In this document: positions 28,700-38,522 of the stretch, piece after piece
Layout of the letters: every line of letters begins with the position of its first letter
How positions within the stretch are numbered: position 1 is the stretch's first letter
Assembly: GCA_045593745.1 (NCBI GenBank)
Contig: JAZNXF010000012.1
Span: 21,575 to 85,574 of the forward strand
DNA from: Elusimicrobiaceae bacterium
GTDB lineage: Bacteria > Elusimicrobiota > Elusimicrobia > Elusimicrobiales > Elusimicrobiaceae
Reading direction: 5' to 3'
Length of the DNA stretch: 64,000 nucleotides
Notes under the pieces: model-generated
The model's database searches: none
What the model was told of the DNA's origin: nothing
The model's input: the letters and a program-made list of their open reading frames with translations, nothing else
Translations under genes and position numbers: made by a program

Positions 28700-29785
28700 A
28701 TGATTGAAATTCAAACAAAAGGTAATTGCATTGTTTGTGTATTGGAAGGGGTTTTGAATGGAAATACTCCATTGCGGATTTCTGCCTCTGACCTGCAAAA
28801 CAAAAAAGTGCAATTAGTAGGGCGGAATATAGAGGCATGGAATACAGATTTTGTAGTTGCGCTTTTTAACGTGTTACAATTTTTGCCCAAAGAGAATATC
28901 ACCTATTCCCACTTGCCGGAGGGGATGGAACGGCTTTTACGTTTGGCTTTTCAAACCCCTTTTAAAGAACAAGAAGTTGCTGCTCCAAAAATCCCTTTTT
29001 TGGAACGTTTGGGGGAGGGGGGCATTTCCTTCTGCCGTTGCGTAAAAAAAGGGGGCCTATTTGTACATCAATGCTTGGCTTCCTGGGGCAGGCAATTAAC
29101 CGGGAAAGCCGTCTACCGCAGTAAAGATTTCTGGATGATTTTAGCAGATTGCGGGCCTAAATCTGTTTTCATTGTATCTCTCATCAGTTTTATGGTGGGG
29201 CTTATTTTGGCTTTTGTGGGAGCCATACAACTTAAAACTTTTGGCGCACAAATTTATGTTGCCAGTTTGGTTACTATCGGTATGACGCGCATTATGGGGG
29301 CTGTCATGACGGGGATTATTATGGCTGGCCGAACCGGGGCATCCTACGCGGCCACTATCGGAACCATGCAGGTGAACGAAGAATTGGATGCTTTGCAAAC
29401 TATGGGGATTTCAGGTACGGACTTTTTGGTATTGCCGCGTATCAATGCGTTGCTTTTGTCTATGCCTATTTTGGTTTTACTGGCTGATTTTATGGGAATA
29501 TTAGGCGGGTGTTTTGTGTGTGTATTATTTTGGGAAATTCCATTAGGAGAATATCTTAAATATACAATCAATACGTTTAAGTTGACACATTTTTTGGTGG
29601 GTATTTTTCACGGCCTTGTCTTTGGCTATATTATTGCTTTATGCGGTTGTTATTTTGGGGTGAACTGCGGCCGTAACGCTGATAGCGTAGGGGCGGCTAC
29701 TACCCATGCGGTGGTGTATGCCATTGTATGGATGATTGTAATGACTGGCCTACTGACTGTACTCTTTCAAGGGTTAGGAATATGA
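28700..29785 (+). CDS. MlaE-family ABC permease with N-terminal STAS-like domain
   Basis: AGRTGASYAATIGTMQVNEELDALQTMG. Confidence 0.92.
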   Translation: MIEIQTKGNCIVCVLEGVLNGNTPLRISASDLQNKKVQLVGRNIEAWNTDFVVALFNVLQFLPKENITYSHLPEGMERLLRLAFQTPFKEQEVAAPKIPFLERLGEGGISFCRCVKKGGLFVHQCLASWGRQLTGKAVYRSKDFWMILADCGPKSVFIVSLISFMVGLILAFVGAIQLKTFGAQIYVASLVTIGMTRIMGAVMTGIIMAGRTGASYAATIGTMQVNEELDALQTMGISGTDFLVLPRINALLLSMPILVLLADFMGILGGCFVCVLFWEIPLGEYLKYTINTFKLTHFLVGIFHGLVFGYIIALCGCYFGVNCGRNADSVGAATTHAVVYAIVWMIVMTGLLTVLFQGLGI

Positions 29786-30555
29786 TGAAACAAGAACCGA
29801 TTATTCAGGCGGACCATTTGAGCATTGGTTACGAAAATAAAGTAATCATGCAGGATTTGTCTTTTTCTATTCCTAAAGGGGACATTTTTATTATTATGGG
29901 CGGATCCGGCTGCGGTAAGAGTACGCTCTTACGCACCCTTACCGGCCTTATCCCGGCTCTAGAAGGCCGTATTGTCATTGGTAACACGGATTTTATCAAA
30001 GCAACTCCCAAAGAAAAACTAGAAATTAGAAAGCATAGCGGTATTTTGTATCAGGGAGGGGCCTTGTTCAGTTCCATGACGTTGGCTGAAAATGTGGCAT
30101 TGCCCTTGCAACAATATACTGCGTATGCGCCAGATAAAATTAACCAAATCGTGGCATTTAAATTGGCCTTGGTAGGGTTGGCCGGTTATGAAGAATACTA
30201 TCCTTCTGAAATTAGCGGCGGGATGCGTAAACGTGCGGGGTTGGCGCGGGCATTGGCTTTGGATCCTGAAATTGTTTACTTTGATGAACCTTCTGCCGGG
30301 CTGGACCCAATCAGTTCCAAAAACTTGGATGATTTAATCTTACAAATTAACAAAACATTGGGTACTACTATTATTGTTGTTACGCATGAATTACCGTCCA
30401 TTTTTGCCATTGGTAAAAACAGTATTTTTTTGGATAAAACCATCCGTACCATCTCTGCCAGAGGCAACCCCAATGAACTTTTAAAAAATCCGCCGAACCG
30501 GCAAGTGTATGAGTTTTTAACAAGAGGAGAAAATCATGAAAAAGGAACCAAATAA
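29782..30555 (+). CDS. MlaF-family ABC ATP-binding protein
   Basis: GGSGCGKST, ISGGMRKR, DEPSAGLDP; ATGA overlap with the upstream gene. Confidence 0.93.
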   Translation: MMKQEPIIQADHLSIGYENKVIMQDLSFSIPKGDIFIIMGGSGCGKSTLLRTLTGLIPALEGRIVIGNTDFIKATPKEKLEIRKHSGILYQGGALFSSMTLAENVALPLQQYTAYAPDKINQIVAFKLALVGLAGYEEYYPSEISGGMRKRAGLARALALDPEIVYFDEPSAGLDPISSKNLDDLILQINKTLGTTIIVVTHELPSIFAIGKNSIFLDKTIRTISARGNPNELLKNPPNRQVYEFLTRGENHEKGTK

Positions 30556-31330
30556 AAAAGCAATCGGACTTTTTTTAGTCATCGGTTTTGCATTGTTTTT
30601 AGGAATTATCGGACAGACCGTTTTTCATAAAATACATGCAGACAGAAAAGATGTGGTTGTTATGTATTTTAATGAATCAACGCAAGGGTTGACCGAAGGA
30701 TCCCCGGTATTATTTCAAGGGGTGGAAGTAGGAAAAGTGACACGTATTTTACTGGTGGCAGATACAAATAATCTAAAATTTAATGTGGCTGTTTATGCAC
30801 GGCTTAAAAGACAGTTAGATATGATGAATGAAGGGGCCAGTTTAACAAAATTTTGGAAGAAGGAAAATGTGTTAGAGCGGTTAGTTGCGCACGGTTTGCG
30901 TGCGCGGTTAGCCCCGCAAAGTTTATTGACCGGGCAGCTGATGATTGAACTGGTGATGTTGCCGCAAACGGAAGCAAAATTTGAATATCCGGAAAATGAC
31001 CGCTTTGCGCAGATTCCGACTATTTTATCCCAAATGGAAGAACTCTACCGGGGATTGAACCAGATTAACATTCAGGAAACACTTGAAAAAATTAACACCG
31101 TTACTGAAGTGCTTGGAAATGAATTGCCTGTCTTGTTGCCCGCTTTAACAAACAGTTCCAAAAATTTAGATCAAACATTAGACCGGATTGCCAAAAACAG
31201 CGAGGAAACCCTTTCTAATTTAAATGAAACCTTGCGTGATGTTTCAGATGCAGCCAAATCTGCCCAGAATTTGACGGATTATTTAGAGCAACATCCCGAA
31301 TCGATTATTAAGGGAAAGAAAGGAGAGTAA
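30536..31330 (+). CDS. MlaD/MCE-domain protein
   Basis: GLTEGSPVLFQGVEVGKV; C-terminal YLEQHPESII. Confidence 0.9.
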   Translation: MKKEPNKKAIGLFLVIGFALFLGIIGQTVFHKIHADRKDVVVMYFNESTQGLTEGSPVLFQGVEVGKVTRILLVADTNNLKFNVAVYARLKRQLDMMNEGASLTKFWKKENVLERLVAHGLRARLAPQSLLTGQLMIELVMLPQTEAKFEYPENDRFAQIPTILSQMEELYRGLNQINIQETLEKINTVTEVLGNELPVLLPALTNSSKNLDQTLDRIAKNSEETLSNLNETLRDVSDAAKSAQNLTDYLEQHPESIIKGKKGE

Positions 31331-31331
31331 T

Positions 31332-31901
31332 ATGCGGATGCTAAAAGTCATTATCCCTTGTTTGTTACTTAATGCGTGTATGTTCGGAACGAGCAGAAAT
31401 GCAAAGTTCTATACGTTGGCGGCTACTGCGGCGCAACCGGTTTCGGTTAGTTATGCAGGTTGGGTGGGGGTGGAACGGATCCAACTGCCCAAGTATATCA
31501 ACCGTCCGCAAATAGTAACGCAACAGAAAGATTCTAACCAGGTAACTATATCTGAATTTAACCGTTGGGCAGAATCCCCTGCCGTGTTGGCAACCCGTGT
31601 GTTAACGGAAAATTTGGGCCTTTTGTTGCCCACCGCACAAGTGAAGGAAATCCGCTTTAGGGGGGAAGATGCTGATGTGACGGTGATGGCGGAAATTAGT
31701 AACATGAGTGCGGTGTTGGGAAAACAAGCAGGCCTTTCTGCCTGGTATACGGTGAAAGATGCTTCAGGCAAGGTGCAAATCCGCCAAAAATTTGAAGCAA
31801 CGGTTCAAATTGGCAAAACCTATGATGACTTGGTACAGGGATATAACCAGTTATTGGCGCAACTGAGCCAGGAAATTGCAACTGTTTTGCCAAAGAAATA
31901 A
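31332..31901 (+). CDS. PqiC-like ABC auxiliary lipoprotein
   Basis: Lipobox LNAC, LPKYINRPQIV, RWAE. Confidence 0.88.
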   Translation: MRMLKVIIPCLLLNACMFGTSRNAKFYTLAATAAQPVSVSYAGWVGVERIQLPKYINRPQIVTQQKDSNQVTISEFNRWAESPAVLATRVLTENLGLLLPTAQVKEIRFRGEDADVTVMAEISNMSAVLGKQAGLSAWYTVKDASGKVQIRQKFEATVQIGKTYDDLVQGYNQLLAQLSQEIATVLPKK

Positions 31902-32035
31902 TTTTTTCTGGCTGTTAGAGAATTTCGGGATTAGGGAACTGCTTGTCTTGTTAAGAAGAGGATGCCTATAAAATATTGTGAAGGTTTCTAAAAGACGGAC
32001 TGCCCAACCCAACATGTCTATAAGAATTTAAATTT

Positions 32036-34417
32036 ATGGTGTCTAAAGAATTAACCGAAGAACAACAAAAGGTTTTTGATGCGGTTATTAACAGCCAGAG
32101 CCCTTTTATTTTTATTCACGGAAAGGCCGGTACTGGTAAATCCTTTTTGGTGAAAAAAATCCAGCAACATTTTCATTGCCATATTTTGGTTCCCACCAAT
32201 ATGGCAAAATCCGTTTATTCTCATGATGTCAGTACCATACATTCCTTTTTTTCTGGAGAACTGGATGAGATTGAGAATGAATATCAAAATCCGTTTAATT
32301 ACAACGGCATCAAAAAGGGCCGGGTAAACCTTCAACATGTGGGACGTTTAATTTTGGATGAAATTTCTATGGTGCGGGCGGATTTGTTTGAAATGATGAA
32401 TAAAATCTGCCAGGTGGACAAAAGAAACAATGCCCCCTTTGGCGGCATACAAATTATCATTGTGGGGGATATGCTGCAACTGCCGCCGGTAGTGCAGGAA
32501 CCACCGGAAGGGGAAGAAAACGCGGTCAAGAAGTATTTGTTGGATACGTATGGCGGTATTTACTTTTTCAATAGTAAAGTAATACAAGAAAATTTAGACA
32601 AAATAGAGTTTTATGAACTAAAACAGTCCCAAAGACAAAAAGAGGATGCCGCTTACGAAAAATTATTAGATATACTGCGGGAACCCCAAGGGAATGAAAA
32701 CGCTTTGCGGGATGCGCTTGAAAAAATTAATAAACGGGTATGTCCTGCGACGGATATTCCAGCCCCCAACGAAGTTACGAGGATTGTTACCACCAATCAT
32801 GAGGTTGACAGAATCAACGCGGAACAATTAAGTGCTCTTGCGGGGGAAGAAAAAACTGCATTAGCCCACTTTGCAATTTACAAGAAAGATCACTCGCAAG
32901 AACTTCCTGAATTTGAGAAAATGCCCAATCCATACCTATTTGATGGAAAACCAGATCCTACCCAATATAATCCACAGGTTTATTATCCCTTGGATATCCC
33001 TTCTAAATTTACCCCGGTGCTAAAATATAAAATCGGTTCTAAAGTAATGTTTACCACAAATCATTATAAGAAGCAGGGAGTATATAATGGAGATTTTGGC
33101 ATAATCCAAGAAATCCCGGATAACTGCATCAAGGTAAAGCCGACTAAAAAAGATGGGGCAATTGACAGCATAGAAATCAAAAAGGAAACAGTCACACGTA
33201 AAGAAATAAAATACGACGAAAAAACTAAAAAATTAAAGGTGGGAAGAACCATTCAAGAAACGATGCAATATCCGCTTAAATCAGGTTATGCGTTCACTGT
33301 GCATAAATCACAAGGCCAGTCGTATGATAAAGTTGTATTAGATTTGGATAATGGGGCTATGTTCGCTTCTGGACAGACCTATGTGGCTTTGAGTAGGGCT
33401 AAAAGATTAGATGGGTTATACCTTACCAAACCTCTTACGGTGAGTGATTGCAGGGTAGATCCGCAATTAATTGGTTTTCTAAATCAAATGCGCAAGAAAA
33501 GCGAATTACCGGTTATTCCGGCTGAAATGTTGCTTGAGCGCGCGTTGGATGAATCGTGCAAAAAATTTAAAGATATAGTTTGTAGTAGTAAGTTGCCGCA
33601 AAGCGTCAAAGAGGATGTTTGCGCTCTGGTGCAGTATTATAATAATTCTTATGTAATTAGCCAATATCGGTTTGCAATGTCTGAGTTGGACCGTATTTTA
33701 TACCAAATTGAACCTTTTTGCACAGATATTAATTTTCTCAGACAACTCCATCAAGAGATACTAAAAGATGTAGAGGCAACCAAGGAATCTTGCGATAACA
33801 TGTTGCACAGAATAGGCAATCTTTGTCAGTTTGAGGTGTCGGGAAAATCAAACGAATTACTTCCAGTCGATCATCGTACAGTAATTGCCCAGCAAGAGGT
33901 TCCGTGGGCGCATGAGCAGATATTTGCGCATGCCGAAGAATACGGCTTTACCTATGAAAAACTGTTTGCACCATATCTTCAGGGATTTACAACAATCACT
34001 CTCAAAGAACCGTATCTGGAGCATGATTATCAATTTGAAAATTTGCAAGAATTTCTGGACTTGTTAGTTAAAATTAAAAACCCGGCTACTACACCGAGTT
34101 TGGAATTGGTAACGCTTCGTGTAAGATGGAATAGAGAGGAACAACAAAACCGTTTAAGTCCGCAAGAATGCATGAGCAAATTAAACAAGATTGAAAAATG
34201 TTATAGCCCAAAAATTAACTTTTTAGTTACGCATAAAGAGAAAATAGAATTGCATGACCGCGAAATCATAGCAGATACCGGTTGGAAAATAAAACTGGGC
34301 CGAGGATTGCATATTTGGAAGGAATCTAGGTATGACGAACGGAAACAGAATCAGGCCGATAGGCCCTGTTATGGCGGTTTTAGCATTATTTATTATAAAC
34401 CCCAGGATCTTGCTTGA
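32036..34417 (+). CDS. Pif1/RecD-like SF1 helicase with C-terminal MIT_C (PLD-like) domain
   Basis: GKAGTGKS, DEISM, GDMLQLPPV, AFTVHKSQGQS, YVALSRAK; C-terminal EPYL...HDREI..TGWKIKLGRGL. Confidence 0.8.
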   Translation: MVSKELTEEQQKVFDAVINSQSPFIFIHGKAGTGKSFLVKKIQQHFHCHILVPTNMAKSVYSHDVSTIHSFFSGELDEIENEYQNPFNYNGIKKGRVNLQHVGRLILDEISMVRADLFEMMNKICQVDKRNNAPFGGIQIIIVGDMLQLPPVVQEPPEGEENAVKKYLLDTYGGIYFFNSKVIQENLDKIEFYELKQSQRQKEDAAYEKLLDILREPQGNENALRDALEKINKRVCPATDIPAPNEVTRIVTTNHEVDRINAEQLSALAGEEKTALAHFAIYKKDHSQELPEFEKMPNPYLFDGKPDPTQYNPQVYYPLDIPSKFTPVLKYKIGSKVMFTTNHYKKQGVYNGDFGIIQEIPDNCIKVKPTKKDGAIDSIEIKKETVTRKEIKYDEKTKKLKVGRTIQETMQYPLKSGYAFTVHKSQGQSYDKVVLDLDNGAMFASGQTYVALSRAKRLDGLYLTKPLTVSDCRVDPQLIGFLNQMRKKSELPVIPAEMLLERALDESCKKFKDIVCSSKLPQSVKEDVCALVQYYNNSYVISQYRFAMSELDRILYQIEPFCTDINFLRQLHQEILKDVEATKESCDNMLHRIGNLCQFEVSGKSNELLPVDHRTVIAQQEVPWAHEQIFAHAEEYGFTYEKLFAPYLQGFTTITLKEPYLEHDYQFENLQEFLDLLVKIKNPATTPSLELVTLRVRWNREEQQNRLSPQECMSKLNKIEKCYSPKINFLVTHKEKIELHDREIIADTGWKIKLGRGLHIWKESRYDERKQNQADRPCYGGFSIIYYKPQDLA

Positions 34418-34474
34418 GAAACCCCTTATTGGACCTAATTGCCCAAAAAGTTGATATGTTAGGTTGGTTTTTTT

Positions 34475-34577
34475 GTCCCCTTTATGGGGAAAATGTCGCG
34501 TAAACGACAAAAAAAGGGGGGACGATGAAAACCTATTTATACCCGGTTGCGCCGTACTTCCCCCGCAAGGGGGGAAG
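34475..34577. repeat. Intergenic copy of the palindromic element found inside pilin A
   Basis: GTCCCCTTTATGGGGAAAATGTCGCGTAAACGACAAAA vs GTTCCCCTTGTGGGGAAAGTGTCGCGCAAGCGACAAAA. Confidence 0.75.
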
Positions 34578-34767
34578 AAAACAATACCAATGGGAAGCAG
34601 CCCATCTTTCAGACAGTATTACCAACAATTTTAAATATTAGTCCCAACATGTAGTTTATCTCTGGAAAAATATACTAAATTTGTTATAATTACAGTGTAA
34701 GTATAATACTTACGACAACTTAATCTGTTTTTGGCACTGTATAAAACCGGACGTATTGGCTACAATA

Positions 34768-34914
34768 CAGGCAATCAACCAAAACAGCCCATTAAAGCAT
34801 ACAGTTAAGGACCTCTAGAACCCTTGATTGTATGCTGAATGCTTGCCGCTTGCGGCGGGTTACGGCTGTTTATGTCGGGGTGTGATTGCCTGCCTGTCAT
34901 AAGGAGCCGTTTTT
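34768..34914 (+). ncRNA. Candidate structured pilin-leader RNA, copy D
   Basis: CAGGCAATCA/TGATTGCCTG outer stem, 15-bp hairpin, GAATG (34837), TACGGCTGTT (34861), AGCCGTTTTT (34905). Confidence 0.8.
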
Positions 34915-34940
34915 ATCAGGCCAAAACAAAGGAGACAATC

Positions 34941-35513
34941 ATGAAGAAACTGGCAATCAAACCTGCAAGCGGTTTTACCCTCATTGAACTGCTTGTTGTT
35001 GTACTTATCTTGGGGGTTTTGGCGGCGGTAGCACTGCCCCAATATACGAAAGTAGTAAAAAAATCCAGGGGGATTGAGGTGTTAGTGTCCTTAGATGCCT
35101 TGGACAAAGGGCTTACCGATTACTACTTGGAAAATGGTTCTTATATAGGTGTTACTCCGGCTTCATTGGATATCACTATTCCGGATATACATCATTTTAA
35201 GTATTTAGTAGGAACCGGCAGTAGGTATGAACAAGGTTTTTCCCAACCTTATGTGGATGCGTCAGCATCGGATAGTTATGTATATTTGCTATCACCAGAA
35301 AATATTTGGGTGATTGGTTCCTGGAAACAAGGCAAATTAAATTCTATATATTGTACGCCTTCGAGTCCAGGCGGTGTTCGCTTTTTTCAGCGAAACTCCT
35401 GCTCTGATTATTTTAATTGTGAGGCCACCCCATTGGTATATCACCCAGAAAGACAGACAGGATCCCTTCCTGACCCAGCTTATTATACCGGGGGAGCATG
35501 CTGGTTAAAATAA
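34941..35513 (+). CDS. Type IV pilin (PilE-like)
   Basis: MKKLAIKPASG|[24 protein letters not shown]; AAGGAG RBS. Confidence 0.92.
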   Translation: MKKLAIKPASGFTLIELLVVVLILGVLAAVALPQYTKVVKKSRGIEVLVSLDALDKGLTDYYLENGSYIGVTPASLDITIPDIHHFKYLVGTGSRYEQGFSQPYVDASASDSYVYLLSPENIWVIGSWKQGKLNSIYCTPSSPGGVRFFQRNSCSDYFNCEATPLVYHPERQTGSLPDPAYYTGGACWLK

Positions 35514-35932
35514 ACATTCCCCGGCAAAATGGGGCCTATATGGCCCTAGAACTGCCGCAAGCAAGCGCGCGTGGTACAACCCGCGGCTACTTGGGTGTGT
35601 GACGCCTCCCAGAACTACCCCCTTCCATTTGGACTTTTTGCCTAACTTTCTGGGTTCAGTTTACTAGCAGGAGGCGTTACGCAAATTAAGAGCACCCCTA
35701 ATGGGTGCTCTTAATTTGGGGCAGAAAATTTTGATGGGTCGCCGGTTCTTAGAACGCCGAGTGGTGACGTGCAATTCGCTGTTTAACAGGCAAAAAACAG
35801 GCATTTGAAAAGTTTATCCTTTGGATTTTGAGGACTTGTTAAATTTCCGCCCTATTGAGAGAAATATCCGCCAAAAACACTCCCAATTCCCTACGCAGAG
35901 TAACAGGGAAGATCTAGGGAATTTTGGAAATA

Positions 35933-36886
35933 TTATAAGGGAATAGTTGGTTTAATATATTGATTATAAAGATCAATGTATTTTAAAGTGTTTGCTTCGC
36001 CAATTTTAATGTTTATTTGTTCAATATAAGAAATAAATTCGTCTAAATTCAAAAGGAGATAATTTTGACCGCAAAAATCACGCAGTTTCTTGACTAATCT
36101 TTTGTCATCAGATACAAAAATATCAATCACATCTGTTACGTAGGAAAATATAGAACTATCGTTCAATGGAGAAGATAGCTTATCTAATAATTTTGACAGG
36201 GGTAATGCCTGGTAGCCGGCATATTCAAGTATAAGATTTTTTGCCATATTTTGACTATTAACATCCTTTGCGCCATAAGCTTTTAGAAATTCATCGAATG
36301 ACGAAAATTGAGTGCTTTTTTTAATTTCTTTTTCTAAAAGCTGTAACGCTCCTTTAGTTGTTAAATTATTTAACTGCTTTGCATATAGTCGGGTTTGTTT
36401 TGTTAAAAAATTTGTATTTTGTTGTAGAGCAGTTACGATAGCTTTCGTATAGTCCCCCTGTTGCTTAATCAATTCTTTGAAAAACAAGGTTTCTTCCTTG
36501 GGAAGATTGTTATTTAGCAATGCTTGTGCATATTTTACAAGTTCTTGTTTTTGTTGTTCCCATCTGTTCATGAGAATAAAAGGATTGCGTCCTTTAAATA
36601 GTGTATAGTTTTTATCTGTTCTAATTAAATAATTCCCTTGTGTTATACTTTTAATACAGTTCAAATGTTGTTTCACAAATATATCTCGATACTTTCCTTT
36701 AATTTGAGAAGTTTCTAGAATGGTTGTTAAATTATATACGAATTTTATTTTGTTTCCGGCATGTATCATGTTAGCGAAGGTGACAATTTTAGAGAAATAC
36801 TCTCTTTTTTTCGGAGTATTAAGAGAGGACAGAAAACCGTATATATTTTGATCTAAATAAATAAATTTATACTTTGCGTTTGGCAT
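35933..36886 (-). CDS. Hypothetical protein, possible PIN-like nuclease
   Basis: N-terminal IYLDQN and C-terminal ND.......DIFVSDDKRL acidic motifs; very AT-rich. Confidence 0.5.
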   Translation of the reverse strand: MPNAKYKFIYLDQNIYGFLSSLNTPKKREYFSKIVTFANMIHAGNKIKFVYNLTTILETSQIKGKYRDIFVKQHLNCIKSITQGNYLIRTDKNYTLFKGRNPFILMNRWEQQKQELVKYAQALLNNNLPKEETLFFKELIKQQGDYTKAIVTALQQNTNFLTKQTRLYAKQLNNLTTKGALQLLEKEIKKSTQFSSFDEFLKAYGAKDVNSQNMAKNLILEYAGYQALPLSKLLDKLSSPLNDSSIFSYVTDVIDIFVSDDKRLVKKLRDFCGQNYLLLNLDEFISYIEQINIKIGEANTLKYIDLYNQYIKPTIPL

Positions 36887-36954
36887 ATATGAGTCTTAAA
36901 TTTCTTACAATATAATTATATTAAAATGGTTGTTGCGAAATAAGGAGAAATATT

Positions 36955-37575
36955 ATGGAACAAATATTTAAAATTGCCGGAGGGGTTCTTTTTAGTATAG
37001 GAAGTGCTAGTGGTATACTTTATGCTATTACCAAATGGTATGGTAATGTTATTGCGGATAAATTATCACAAAAATACTCTCATCAACTTTCTGAAGAATT
37101 AGAGAAATATAAAACTATTTTAAATAGGAAATTGTATGTTAATCAGAAACATTTTGATTTGGAATTATCAATTTACAAAGATTTAATGGGAGGGGTAATT
37201 GAGATGACAGAATCGTCATATTTATTATTTCCTCGTATGGATATGTTGCCTGCAGATAAAGATGCGGAAATAAAAATTTGGAAGTCTCGTTATGAGAAGG
37301 CTACAGAGCAGTTTAATGTTACATCGGAAGTTATATTTAAAAACGCACCGTTTATTGATAAGAAAATCTATAATGCAATTCTGGAATTAAGAAATAAGTG
37401 TCGAGGGCAAATTATTAGTTTTCAGAATTTCCGGATAGAACAAAATAACTATGGACATTTAGATAAAGAGAATGACAAGGTTTGGGGCGTATCGATGGAG
37501 ATAGTTGAAGATAGAAATAAATTAATTGAATGTATTCGAGCGTATTTAAGTAAGCAAGAACTTTTACTGGAATAG
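36955..37575 (+). CDS. Hypothetical protein with N-terminal TM helix
   Basis: 206-aa ORF, AAGGAG RBS, AT-rich. Confidence 0.65.
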   Translation: MEQIFKIAGGVLFSIGSASGILYAITKWYGNVIADKLSQKYSHQLSEELEKYKTILNRKLYVNQKHFDLELSIYKDLMGGVIEMTESSYLLFPRMDMLPADKDAEIKIWKSRYEKATEQFNVTSEVIFKNAPFIDKKIYNAILELRNKCRGQIISFQNFRIEQNNYGHLDKENDKVWGVSMEIVEDRNKLIECIRAYLSKQELLLE

Positions 37576-37676
37576 TGTCTTAAAACAGGGCGTTTTCGAA
37601 ATCTCGTGGCCTTATTTGTACTACGTAAATTGAACTACCGAGAAAATCTCGGTAGTTGCTGTAAAGGGACAAATCT

Positions 37677-38513
37677 TTACTTCTTTTTAATCTGTTTCTT
37701 GGGTGTAAAGTCCGGCAAGGAACTTTTGGAAGTAACCACCTTAGTTCCGGTGGCCTCTTCAAATTGTAAGCGCGCTTGTTTGGCGAGCTTGCCACCTTTG
37801 CGCCCGGCTACTTTATTCTCTTGCACGCCTTCGGTCTTGTCCTTTTCCGCAATTTGACGAGTGGATAACTCTGCCAACGCCGTAAAAAGTAATTCCGCCT
37901 CGCTCATGTGTTCACGCAAGTTTTCATGCTCTAACCCTTTTAACTTTTTGTGCTGTGCAACCGATAAATCGCTCCATTCTTGATGGATGACGTTTGTAAG
38001 CATGGCAAAATCGTCCGATTTAGTTACCCCATGCGCTTGCCAGTAGTCGGTCAGCTTATTGCGGGTTTCCTGCCCCATCATACGCTGTTGTATCCATTTT
38101 TGGCTGCGTCCTTGGGCTTTCCAATGGGAACGCGCGCGGTCTAATGCTTTGGAAGGATCTGCGGTCTCTTGGATGCGTTCATAACCCACTTTGGCTAGCC
38201 ACAGTTTAAACGGCTCGGCTTTGGGACTGGGGATGGACTGTATAAGACGTAAAAGTTGTTCCGGGGTGGCTACGTCCGTTAGGCGCATTTTGCCATCTGC
38301 GGCCATCATTTTCAAAGCGTGACAATTTGTCACGGTTTGGTTCCCTTCGGTTTTTAGACGTTGTTTTAATTTGCGCCAATAGGCCAGAGGGCTTTTGCTT
38401 TCGGTCAGCGCATAAATCACATCCACAATGGAAAAATACCACGTTTCGGTCTTTTCGTCATAGTGGCGGCGGATTTTAAAATCTTCAAAAATAGCAAGTG
38501 CTGATTTAGTCAT
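37677..38513 (-). CDS. Bro-N domain protein (phage antirepressor-like)
   Basis: WYFSIVDVI...YWRKLKQRL...LRLIQSIPSPKAEPFKLWLA. Confidence 0.85.
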   Translation of the reverse strand: MTKSALAIFEDFKIRRHYDEKTETWYFSIVDVIYALTESKSPLAYWRKLKQRLKTEGNQTVTNCHALKMMAADGKMRLTDVATPEQLLRLIQSIPSPKAEPFKLWLAKVGYERIQETADPSKALDRARSHWKAQGRSQKWIQQRMMGQETRNKLTDYWQAHGVTKSDDFAMLTNVIHQEWSDLSVAQHKKLKGLEHENLREHMSEAELLFTALAELSTRQIAEKDKTEGVQENKVAGRKGGKLAKQARLQFEEATGTKVVTSKSSLPDFTPKKQIKKK

Positions 38514-38522
38514 ATCGTCTCC

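Noticed and set aside
28480-28700. GC-rich intergenic stretch between nadE and the MlaE-family gene as a riboswitch
   Set aside because: I could not identify a convincing fold or known motif; the 28476-28838 minus ORF looks spurious
35520-35682. Long hairpin GTGACGCCTCC...GGAGGCGTTAC after pilin D
   Set aside because: Plausibly a terminator or REP remnant; no second copy recognised in the window
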